Virus record (IMG/VR): IMGVR_UViG_3300042934_000869
DNA: 64,000 nt
Source of the DNA: an uncultured virus (IMG/VR IMGVR_UViG_3300042934_000869)
Taxonomy: Duplodnaviria > Heunggongvirae > Uroviricota > Caudoviricetes
Reading direction: 5' to 3' (one strand)
The position numbers and the translations under genes are program-made. The notes beneath the pieces are model-generated. The model made no database searches, was not told the DNA's origin, and saw only the letters and a program-made list of their open reading frames with translations. This document shows, one piece after another, positions 30,504 through 39,324 of the stretch (its first letter is position 1; each line of letters opens with the position of its first letter).

Positions 30504-31170
30504 TTACTTCCACCACCTTTCTAACATGTTCTATTGACCACAGAACAGGTCTGGTGTTATAATCATTAAATATAGAATATATAGTTTTCTCATTCACATA
30601 CTGAAATATTCTTTTATACTTATCTTCTCTAACATCTTCTAATTCTCCATCAGAAAAATCGAACAATACTATTTTATAAGGTTTCTTCTTTGCATTAGAC
30701 TCTAGTTGAAATTTATATAAATATTTGTTCAAAGCTTGGAGATGCTTAGTGTGTTGAGAGTATACATCTATAGCTAAATCGTATCCACCTTTGTTCTTTC
30801 TTTTGTATAGAGAGCATTTATCTCTTAATTGTTTCTTACCCTTATATGATTTACACTCAAATAGAATTATCTGCTTTGGAGTAAATAATGTTATATCTAG
30901 CTCTGTAGTGTATGCAGATTTGGGATTTTCTAAATCTTTTAATATCATACCTTTGCTGACGAACCAACCCTTTGATTTTAAGTTATGTTTTTCTATGAAC
31001 TCCTCTAGAAGTGCTATCAACACTACTTCAGCTAATTCTCCTCTCATTAACGGACTTGAATTATTTGACTCTAGTATTTTTCTGCATACTTCTAGAAACT
31101 TATCTATATTTTTTGTCTTATAATAATATTTTAAAATTTCTTCATAAGTTTTTGTTTTTATATTATTCAT
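30424..31170 (-). CDS. NERD / PD-(D/E)XK nuclease
   Basis: GELAE..TELDITLFTPKQIILFECKSYKG..QHTKH. An alternative start at 31188 is possible. Confidence 0.8.
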   Translation of the reverse strand: MNNIKTKTYEEILKYYYKTKNIDKFLEVCRKILESNNSSPLMRGELAEVVLIALLEEFIEKHNLKSKGWFVSKGMILKDLENPKSAYTTELDITLFTPKQIILFECKSYKGKKQLRDKCSLYKRKNKGGYDLAIDVYSQHTKHLQALNKYLYKFQLESNAKKKPYKIVLFDFSDGELEDVREDKYKRIFQYVNEKTIYSIFNDYNTRPVLWSIEHVRKVVEVIDKSSEKLTSVHLDYVSSLNHSRNKN

Positions 31171-32965
31171 CTCCAAAAACATCTCCACTAGAAGAAATTT
31201 TACTGCACCAATTATATTTCTCCGTTAGTAAATCACTAGTAGTAAACTCTATATTATATTTTTTACAGTATCTGCTAACCATATATTCCGCTAAAGTATT
31301 ACTGTCTATTAGCAGAGAAGGACTATAGGATCTTCTAAATTTAACTAACATATTTGCGTACTCTGTAGTTTCTTGTCCTACTAATAAAGTATTTACCATT
31401 ACATCAGATATGTCTCTTTTTCGTAGATTTCCTGCTCCTAAAGATATTTTACCTAGTATGGTTTGTAGAATCTCTGTTGGATTGAAGTTCTTGAATAGTT
31501 CATAGCTGCATCTTTTATTTATGTGGTCATACATTGAAACGATATGTTCATTTGTATTTGGGATTTGGTAAGTTCCTAAAGTTATGGCAAGTATATCTTT
31601 TATTGGTATCATTACATTTTCTTTTACGTATCTTGGGTTTATCTGTGGTTTGTATGACTGGTCGTAGAATCCTTTAGCGAAATTTTCTATTTCTTCATCT
31701 TCTCTATAGTATGTTCTAGTATAGCTAAAATCTACTTCCAGAGGAGTCCAGTTCTCAAATACAACTTTTTGATGCTTTTGGAATATATAAGAGTATTTAA
31801 GATATTCATTTTTAACTAGGAATATTAATTCGTCATGTCTATTGATGTAGGAAAATATTCCTTCATTTTCACTAGTAGCTCCTACCTTTTCAAATTCATC
31901 TCTTATACTATTATTTACCGATACTACTATTTGACTTGTTCCTGCTTGGAATGGTGAGTTTAGTGCTTTATCTCTTTTTTGTACTTTTATATCTCCATAT
32001 GGATTTCTTACTCTATCTATTAACATTTCACTTCCAAACATTGTAGTTACTACTAAGGGCAAATTATACTCCAATCTTAAATTTATTCTTCTAACAAACT
32101 CTTGATATGATTCACAGGACTCTAGGAATTTTCTTGCTAGATTTATATATTTCTGTCCTATACTTGTTTTACCTTTAGTTGCTCCATATATTGGGGATAG
32201 TGAGTACTCTTTATAAGATTCTCTGTTCTCCTTAAACTCATCTAACTCAAATGCATCTATCATAAGAATTCTAGCCAAAGCCTCATATGAATCGTCAGCG
32301 TTAGCGAATATAGGTATATTACTCTCATTCATTAAAAGAGTATTGTAAACTATTCTTAAGTCTGATTGTTTAAAGTCCCCACTTACTAGAGTATATCCTT
32401 TAGGCGCTTTTATTCCGTGTAAAGCAGTTCTAGGGATTCCTTGAATACTATAATCATTATAATATGTTCTAAAGTTATCTTCTTCTCCTATATTAAAACT
32501 TACTCTATATAAAGGTTTACCATCGTATGTTTCTAATGTTGTTTTTTGTAATCTTTGTAAAAGTCCTTCTAGACTTCCTTGTATAGATTTCTTGGACATA
32601 TACTCTTTGTATAGTGTCAGGAAATATTCTGCATATCCTTTTTCTAGTAATGGTTCTATAACTCTTTTAGCATCTAGACTTGGACCATCTCCTTTATTCT
32701 TGCTATTTCTAAACATATGTTCAGGACATTTCTCAAATTCTGTTAAGTATCTGTAAATAGCCTTTCTATCTAAACTTGTTAGAAAGTATCCTGTATCTGT
32801 TATCATGGTATCTTTACAAAGATAGTTTAAAGTTCTAACTTCGTTCTTCAGTCTCAATATTTCTATCTCTATAACTTCTTTATCTATATAGATAAATCCT
32901 AGTTCTGATAAGTCTGATAGATACCTTTGAAAGTCTACTTTAGAATGTCTATTCAGTTTTAACAT
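31163..32965 (-). CDS. Family A DNA polymerase, second copy, lacking exonuclease domains
   Basis: Motif A VSGDFKQSDLRI, motif B RESYKEYSLSPIYG, NSPFQAGTSQI, motif C RHDELIF. Confidence 0.85.
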   Translation of the reverse strand: MLKLNRHSKVDFQRYLSDLSELGFIYIDKEVIEIEILRLKNEVRTLNYLCKDTMITDTGYFLTSLDRKAIYRYLTEFEKCPEHMFRNSKNKGDGPSLDAKRVIEPLLEKGYAEYFLTLYKEYMSKKSIQGSLEGLLQRLQKTTLETYDGKPLYRVSFNIGEEDNFRTYYNDYSIQGIPRTALHGIKAPKGYTLVSGDFKQSDLRIVYNTLLMNESNIPIFANADDSYEALARILMIDAFELDEFKENRESYKEYSLSPIYGATKGKTSIGQKYINLARKFLESCESYQEFVRRINLRLEYNLPLVVTTMFGSEMLIDRVRNPYGDIKVQKRDKALNSPFQAGTSQIVVSVNNSIRDEFEKVGATSENEGIFSYINRHDELIFLVKNEYLKYSYIFQKHQKVVFENWTPLEVDFSYTRTYYREDEEIENFAKGFYDQSYKPQINPRYVKENVMIPIKDILAITLGTYQIPNTNEHIVSMYDHINKRCSYELFKNFNPTEILQTILGKISLGAGNLRKRDISDVMVNTLLVGQETTEYANMLVKFRRSYSPSLLIDSNTLAEYMVSRYCKKYNIEFTTSDLLTEKYNWCSKISSSGDVFGDE

Positions 32966-33582
32966 TATCTAACACCAACTCCATTTTTAGTATTTTTCAT
33001 TTCTTTACCTCTGGCTTTAGAGATTCTATTTTGCTCTGCGTAAAAAGTACCACAGCTATATGGTCTAGGTAATTCACTGAACATAAGTATCTCTGCTTTT
33101 GGCATTGAATTAAATAATCTAAACATATCTGTTTCTATTACTTCATAGAAATTCTCACTTTCTTCTATATAGAATACTCTACTGTTTATATAATAGGCAA
33201 CCCTTGTCTCTTGTTCATCCTGAATTACGAATACTGCGTTCTCTCTCATAATTTTAAATAATGACAAAAATAACTCTATGTTTCTATATGTTAATATTTT
33301 GTTTACAGATGATACTGTACCTATGTGAGTTCTTCTTGTTTCTGTAAGAGATAGTACTTTGCACTCCACTAAAGGTATATCATTTACATTGCTGTAGTTA
33401 CTCTCTAATTCAACTCCAGTTTCAGAAACTGATTTTACTTTTATAGGCTCTACTGACTTATACGCATTACAAGTAATCTCATACTTTGCTTTTGGATTAA
33501 AACTTTCCAGCTCTAATAGAAATTCTGACCTGATAGAATCATTTAATACCGATATTATTTGTCTTAGAAGTCCTTCTCTCAT
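32965..33582 (-). CDS. Hypothetical protein (205 aa)
   Basis: Coupled to both neighbours by TAATG overlaps. Confidence 0.75.
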   Translation of the reverse strand: MREGLLRQIISVLNDSIRSEFLLELESFNPKAKYEITCNAYKSVEPIKVKSVSETGVELESNYSNVNDIPLVECKVLSLTETRRTHIGTVSSVNKILTYRNIELFLSLFKIMRENAVFVIQDEQETRVAYYINSRVFYIEESENFYEVIETDMFRLFNSMPKAEILMFSELPRPYSCGTFYAEQNRISKARGKEMKNTKNGVGVR

Positions 33583-33896
33583 TATAATACCCCCATGTAT
33601 AAAAATGTTTTATCTCTATCAATAGATGGAACTTTCACAATCAGAGTTGAACCTTTATTGATTGTTTTGGATATCCATGATATATTATTTCTTCCATAAA
33701 TAGGAACATAAGCTTGGGTTAAAGAGTTACTTTGTAAATCTTTAAATAGGTAATTTTCTAATCCCTTTACTTGTTTAAATTTAAAATATGTTATGCTGTC
33801 AATATTTCTTCCCATCATGTTAATACATTCTCTTGAGAAGTCTTTAGCTATTTGGTCTACAGCTTCTTTTCCTTTATATACTTTGTAATCACTCAT
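33582..33896 (-). CDS. Hypothetical protein (104 aa)
   Basis: AGGAGG RBS; coupled to the next gene. Confidence 0.7.
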   Translation of the reverse strand: MSDYKVYKGKEAVDQIAKDFSRECINMMGRNIDSITYFKFKQVKGLENYLFKDLQSNSLTQAYVPIYGRNNISWISKTINKGSTLIVKVPSIDRDKTFLYMGVL

Positions 33897-33926
33897 ATAC
33901 TCTTCCTCCTAATGCTAACTTGGATA

Positions 33927-36044
33927 CTATATATCAGTATCTAAAGTTAGTCTCTTGAATAATCTAGTCTGCTTCAATATCTTGTCAAACAGTACTCCAC
34001 ATACTTCCTGTACTTTGTCTGGATAATCTTCACAGTCTATTCTGTTTGCATATTTCTCTACTTTATCTAAAATACAATATCTTACTCCATGTTTTATATC
34101 AGAGCTAAATTCATCTATTGATGTACAATATAATATAAATTTTATATTAACTCTGAATGAATCCATTAAAACCTGTTTAACTTGTCCTAGACTAAGTGTA
34201 TTTGATGCTCTTCCTATTCCGTTTAACTTATCTATCCCTACTACATGAATTATAACTTCTGATAAATCTCTCTTAGTTATCTGCGAAGATAAATATTGAC
34301 TTCCTGTAATTTTTATTAGTTTCATAGACCTAGTTATCAATCCTGCAATTTTTTCTTCTAGCTCTTTTCCTACTACTCTTGTTAATCCAAACATGCTAAG
34401 ATAATTATTTTGTCTTAATAAACTATTTAATCTGAACACTCTAGATTTATTTATTTCATTTTCTTTACTGATATTAGACTCTACATATTCTTTTAAGAGA
34501 TTTTCACTAGATTCATCATATTTTATATCATTAAATGCTAGCTCATCAGCATCAATTACTAACTGTCTTAGATTTACTGAGTCTAGATAAGATTTCCATA
34601 CATTACTACTAGAATCTCTTACTGAGTATCTTACAAACCCATCCCTCTCTGGGTCTATATCTTGCATTACATAATCATCTGCTGCTAAAAAAATATGATT
34701 ACAATTATCTTTTGCTTTGTCGTGTAAACATGTTTGATATATTGTTTTAAAGTATCTATACAAGTCTGTACTGTTATTAGTGTAAACTAGTATATTCTCT
34801 ATATCTCTATTCTCAAATACTAATTCTAATCTATCTGGTGTTGTACTAATAAAACTAGGCTCTCCTATTACTATTGATTTAGAGGACTCTTTCTTTTCTA
34901 TAGCTAAACGTAACTTATCTATATCTATAGGATCAGTCTCATCATAGAAGTTTAGGGGTCTGTCCCATTTAACTTTCTTTCCAAGTTCATGTAATTCTTT
35001 TACACAAGCTTCAAACTCTGTTTTAGGTTGAAATGGTACTCTAAATTTTGTGTTATCTTCTTTCTTTCCGGCTCCTGCATTATTGTTTAAATAAATTCTA
35101 CCTATACCTACATCTCCAAGTGCACCTTCATTATTACCTAAAATCATTTCACTTACTTTAGGGCTGCATTTTAAACACATTCTAGTTGCTATATTTTCGA
35201 GTATTGGTTTTATGTTTTCGTCAACTTCTTGTGATGCTAGATACATATGAAATCCACCATTTCTTCCAAGTCTTCCTACACTATCCATCTTGTCTGCTAT
35301 ATATCCTGCTTTTTTCTTTGCAAATTTAAACATTGCCTGATATTCATCCATTACAAGAACTCTTCTAGGTACTGTTAAACCTGTAGTCTCTCTGAAGTCT
35401 CTTAGATTTTGTACTCCTAATTTTCCTAGAAGCTTATTAAACTCCATCATCTCATTATTATACTCTTCTAAGACAGAGATTAAAAAGTTTACATCTTCTG
35501 TTGCAGATATAGTTCTTATATGAGGAAGTTTCTCTCCTATACCGTATCTCTTAAACTCTGCTATTTTTGCATCTGTCATTATTAGTTCTAACTCCCAAGG
35601 AGCATATTGATACATCATAGAAAATAATATAGAGTTTGTTGTTGCTGATTTACCAGAACCTGTAGTTCCTGCTAATGTTGCATGAGCTTTTAATTCAGAA
35701 TCTAGAGCATACGTAGATAGATATCTTTTATCACTATTTTCATATCCAACTTGTAATTCTATTTTATCTAAACTATTAGATGGCCATACTTCATATCCAT
35801 TATGTAATAATGGTGCAGTTAGTGTTATTATTTGTGATGGTTCAAAATTACCCTTTAGCATATCCTTAACACTAGGTGCCACTTTTATAACTCTTGGGTA
35901 TTGGTTATTATATTCTTTTTGTTTTTGGCTAAGCAGATTATCTACAAAGCTGGAGAACATTAGTGCTCCAGCTTTGTTAGATTTTCTATAAGTTTTTAGA
36001 GAGTTTAAGAATTCTCTTTTATCGTTAGACATAGTGTTATACAT
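33927..36044 (-). CDS. Soluble FtsK/SpoIIIE-family ATPase (EccC/EssC-like) with a second, degenerate ATPase-like domain
   Basis: HATLAGTTGSGKS, YAPWELELIMTDAK, LVMDEYQ, LGRNGGFHMYLASQ, TRMCL. The C-terminal region starting ENILVY lacks a Walker A. Confidence 0.88.
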   Translation of the reverse strand: MYNTMSNDKREFLNSLKTYRKSNKAGALMFSSFVDNLLSQKQKEYNNQYPRVIKVAPSVKDMLKGNFEPSQIITLTAPLLHNGYEVWPSNSLDKIELQVGYENSDKRYLSTYALDSELKAHATLAGTTGSGKSATTNSILFSMMYQYAPWELELIMTDAKIAEFKRYGIGEKLPHIRTISATEDVNFLISVLEEYNNEMMEFNKLLGKLGVQNLRDFRETTGLTVPRRVLVMDEYQAMFKFAKKKAGYIADKMDSVGRLGRNGGFHMYLASQEVDENIKPILENIATRMCLKCSPKVSEMILGNNEGALGDVGIGRIYLNNNAGAGKKEDNTKFRVPFQPKTEFEACVKELHELGKKVKWDRPLNFYDETDPIDIDKLRLAIEKKESSKSIVIGEPSFISTTPDRLELVFENRDIENILVYTNNSTDLYRYFKTIYQTCLHDKAKDNCNHIFLAADDYVMQDIDPERDGFVRYSVRDSSSNVWKSYLDSVNLRQLVIDADELAFNDIKYDESSENLLKEYVESNISKENEINKSRVFRLNSLLRQNNYLSMFGLTRVVGKELEEKIAGLITRSMKLIKITGSQYLSSQITKRDLSEVIIHVVGIDKLNGIGRASNTLSLGQVKQVLMDSFRVNIKFILYCTSIDEFSSDIKHGVRYCILDKVEKYANRIDCEDYPDKVQEVCGVLFDKILKQTRLFKRLTLDTDI

Positions 36045-36050
36045 ATTTTA

Positions 36051-38471
36051 TCACCTACAAGCTATATTAAATAAATTCTTTAAAATGTTAGAGTAATAAA
36101 CACAGGACTCTATATTATCAAATTTAAATTTTACATTACCGCCTTCTATTATCTTTATTAAATCTGCTGAATAAGCTGTAGCTACTTTAGATATATTCAT
36201 TGAATTCTTAGCATCTGTATTCACTCCATTTGGTGTTAGGAATACATATTTAGAGCCATCTTTTCTTACAGCTATATATCCTACTACTATTCCAGTTATG
36301 GTTTCATTTGTTGCTTTTACATTTGATTTAACCATTCCGTAATTATTTATTCCAGGCATAACTCCTTTTACTTGGTCATAATATTTTGTATTAACATATA
36401 ACTTACTTATTATCATATCTGTAATATCTGTATCGATTAATTCACTAGCATAAGATTTAGTCTGTTTGATTTCAGATTCTTTAACTTCTTCTTTTGAAGT
36501 TTGAGCAAATGCTATTGATTCTTGTAAAGAATTTGCTTTGGATGATGTTTGAGAATAATTTCCAGTATATCCATTCTTCTGCATTATATTTTCGAAATAT
36601 GAAATATAATCATTTATATCCATATGCTTACTGTCTAATGTATTATTAGTTATTATTGTAAATACATCACAAATCATAGGTATTAATGATCTAGCTATAT
36701 TAGCTTCAATACATGTTCTAGGTGTAGTTCTGTATTGTAAACATAAAGCTTCTAGCTCTTGTTTTGTCTCGTACATGTATATATCTAGTTCTCCTAAATC
36801 TGATTTTGACATAAAGTTATTGATTATTGAAAGAGTAGATGTTTTTCTATCGAAACATTCCATTTCCATAAATGCATCTTTGAAATCGTCATAACAGTAG
36901 TATACTATAGTGTTGTCGTCATTATTATTTACCGCCGCCACTAAATCTTTTAAATTATATTCTGTCAGAGACTCATCCAATAAATTATTTGATACTCTAA
37001 GCCTTCCGTTCTCTAAGGTAATTCCAGATATTTTACATAAAGGTTCGTTGTTATTATACGCCCTTATCACATCTACTATGGACACTAATACGTTCTGTGT
37101 TTCGTCAGAATCCTCAAAACTTCTTCTGCATATAAATCCAATAGGTAAATCTAAAGATGAATTTTGAATTTTATGTTTTCTTAAATATCCAGGATCTTTG
37201 ATAAAATCTGATAATCTTATTATTCCATCTAGCTCAAGATTATTTCCCTTTGAATCTGTTTTTATTTTAGTTGAGTTAAAGTTTCCATTTCCTGTCACAG
37301 CTCTGAATTGATTTAGGTCTAGATACTTATTTCCATCTAGTTTTATCCTAGTTGGTTTTCTTTTTCCCCATCTTAATAATGATATAGCTATATCAATTAC
37401 TCCATATGGGTTTGTATTAAATACTGAATCCATCAATTCACCTAAAGCAGATACTCCGTCTATAAACGTAGTCATACGTTCAACACCTGCCGCAAATAAT
37501 CTGTTACCATATGCTGAACTTCCTGAGCTATCAAATTCATCATCTCCTGAGTCATCGTCATCAGATAATTCTGATTCTATTGATAGTGGAAATCTTCCTG
37601 TATGGCTCCAATTTATCGATGCTCCCATCAAAGCTATATTGAATATATAGTCTTTTACTAGAGTACTTCCTATTCCATTTTTTATACATTCTTCTACTTC
37701 CCTATCGGGGAATTCTTTCTTAATACCATAGTCCATTAAAGACTTTAATGCATTATAATATCTTTGTTCGTTTGGTTGTATCTCTAAATCATTGTTCTGA
37801 CTATCTCCTATTATAAGAATCCTTTGCTCTGGTCTCTCTATATATTTAGCAAATTCTAATGTTGAAAATCCTTCTTCATCATAAGGCTTCATTACGCTAT
37901 CAAACGAAGGTAATTTTGAATCTGCTAATGTTAGGCTTTCGTAACTAGGAACTTTTATAAATAATTCGCTAGTATCTTTTTCCATGAATCTAGTAGCGTT
38001 TTCTCCTTCTATGTATAGTGCTTTAGCTCTTCCAGAATTGTTTATCTCTTGCACTAATTCATTAGTTTTAATGAAATTCCAGTAGCTAGAACTTTGCATA
38101 TTTATTTGTACTTTATCACCTGCTATGTATGAGTCTAGCTCTTTAAATGCTGTCATCATATCTTTTAGATTATCTGGTGTTAGAGGCTTTAACTGTACTG
38201 ATAATTTTTCTAGTACTTCTAATCCAACGTCATGTTTTTTAGATAGAGACCAATTATAAAATGCTGTGATTTCTGAATTCCTTAAGTTATCATCAACTTC
38301 ACACACTACAAATGGTATATCTAAATTTTCAAAGCTTGTGAGATATAGTGTGTTAGTAATTAATGGAGTTCCTAGTATTTCTTTTACATTATATAACCTT
38401 CCATCTATTAAACTACAAGCTACTATTGAACGTTCTTCCCCACCTAACTTTATTCTTATAAAATAATTCAT
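36051..38471 (-). CDS. Hypothetical protein (806 aa)
   Basis: AGGAGG RBS; first gene after promoter copy 5, directly upstream of the FtsK ATPase. Confidence 0.85.
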   Translation of the reverse strand: MNYFIRIKLGGEERSIVACSLIDGRLYNVKEILGTPLITNTLYLTSFENLDIPFVVCEVDDNLRNSEITAFYNWSLSKKHDVGLEVLEKLSVQLKPLTPDNLKDMMTAFKELDSYIAGDKVQINMQSSSYWNFIKTNELVQEINNSGRAKALYIEGENATRFMEKDTSELFIKVPSYESLTLADSKLPSFDSVMKPYDEEGFSTLEFAKYIERPEQRILIIGDSQNNDLEIQPNEQRYYNALKSLMDYGIKKEFPDREVEECIKNGIGSTLVKDYIFNIALMGASINWSHTGRFPLSIESELSDDDDSGDDEFDSSGSSAYGNRLFAAGVERMTTFIDGVSALGELMDSVFNTNPYGVIDIAISLLRWGKRKPTRIKLDGNKYLDLNQFRAVTGNGNFNSTKIKTDSKGNNLELDGIIRLSDFIKDPGYLRKHKIQNSSLDLPIGFICRRSFEDSDETQNVLVSIVDVIRAYNNNEPLCKISGITLENGRLRVSNNLLDESLTEYNLKDLVAAVNNNDDNTIVYYCYDDFKDAFMEMECFDRKTSTLSIINNFMSKSDLGELDIYMYETKQELEALCLQYRTTPRTCIEANIARSLIPMICDVFTIITNNTLDSKHMDINDYISYFENIMQKNGYTGNYSQTSSKANSLQESIAFAQTSKEEVKESEIKQTKSYASELIDTDITDMIISKLYVNTKYYDQVKGVMPGINNYGMVKSNVKATNETITGIVVGYIAVRKDGSKYVFLTPNGVNTDAKNSMNISKVATAYSADLIKIIEGGNVKFKFDNIESCVYYSNILKNLFNIACR

Positions 38472-38519
38472 TTTGTACCTCCTAAAATTCTCTTTATATG
38501 TAAACGTCTTTATTACTGT

Positions 38520-38552
38520 CTTATAAAATAAAAAATACTAAATACTGGGGTC
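38520..38552 (-). promoter_or_regulatory. Element-specific promoter-like motif, copy 5
   Basis: GACCCC-N21-TATAAG. Confidence 0.5.
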
Positions 38553-38594
38553 AGTATATAAATCTAATCGGGTTGGTTTAATTTAAATCTATTT

Positions 38595-38634
38595 AAAAGT
38601 ATAGAAGGGATGCCCTAAAGGCGCCCCTTCTATA
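38595..38634 (-). terminator. Strong intrinsic terminator after the two small helical genes
   Basis: Minus strand TATAGAAGGGGCGCC-TTTAG-GGCATCCCTTCTATA followed by CTTTT. Confidence 0.8.
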
Positions 38635-38638
38635 TGTA

Positions 38639-38974
38639 CTATATGATTAACATATCGTTGTCTAGTTCAGTTGCTTTTACTGAGCTAGATTGTACTTTCA
38701 CATTCCCTAAATCTAATTGCTTGATTTTAGCATCTAGTTCAGGTAATTGAGTGGATATTACTTTGTCTATATCTCTTATAATTGGAAGTACTTCTGTATT
38801 ATAAGCATTTTCCATTTTTCCAAGATTTCCAACTAAGTCATCTTTTACTGTTGATTCTGGTAACTTTTTTACTAGTCCAGCTAACTCATTTAATGATTCT
38901 ATTACATCAGAATTAAAATTTCTTTTCATAACAGCAGTAGCTTCTGCTGATTTTGCTAGATCAAATTTTGCCAT
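38639..38974 (-). CDS. Small helical protein (111 aa); WXG100-like candidate
   Basis: Amphipathic heptad pattern, GGGGAGG RBS, flanked by FtsK-domain genes; no literal WxG. Confidence 0.6.
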   Translation of the reverse strand: MAKFDLAKSAEATAVMKRNFNSDVIESLNELAGLVKKLPESTVKDDLVGNLGKMENAYNTEVLPIIRDIDKVISTQLPELDAKIKQLDLGNVKVQSSSVKATELDNDMLII

Positions 38975-38978
38975 AATC

Positions 38979-39248
38979 TTAAACCTCCCCTGTTATTTTA
39001 AGAATCTTCTCTACTGAGCTGTAAGTATTCTCAACTATTTCTATGCTGCTCTTTAATAATGGATTTAAAGTTTCTGTAGAAAGAACCTCTAATGACTCTG
39101 CATTCTTATCTAGAACTGGCATCTCTAAAGTTTTTATTTCTTCCTTAAATACCTCAGCAGATGGAAGTAATTTCTTGTTTAAGTTTTCTAATATCTCTTG
39201 ACATTGTTTTAAAACTGGTAAATCTTCTCTTTTGAATTGATTTGACAT
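38979..39248 (-). CDS. Small helical protein (89 aa); WXG100-like candidate
   Basis: Helix-turn-helix hairpin pattern with a central turn (LEMP); paired with the 111-aa gene; no literal WxG. Confidence 0.6.
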   Translation of the reverse strand: MSNQFKREDLPVLKQCQEILENLNKKLLPSAEVFKEEIKTLEMPVLDKNAESLEVLSTETLNPLLKSSIEIVENTYSSVEKILKITGEV

Positions 39249-39289
39249 TTATAACATTCCCCTTTCTCATTGTATTGTTTTGTCACTGT

Positions 39290-39321
39290 ATTATAAAATT
39301 TAGTAGCACACTCTAGGGGTT
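39290..39321 (-). promoter_or_regulatory. Element-specific promoter-like motif, copy 6
   Basis: AACCCC-N20-TATAAT. Confidence 0.6.
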
Positions 39322-39324
39322 GAA

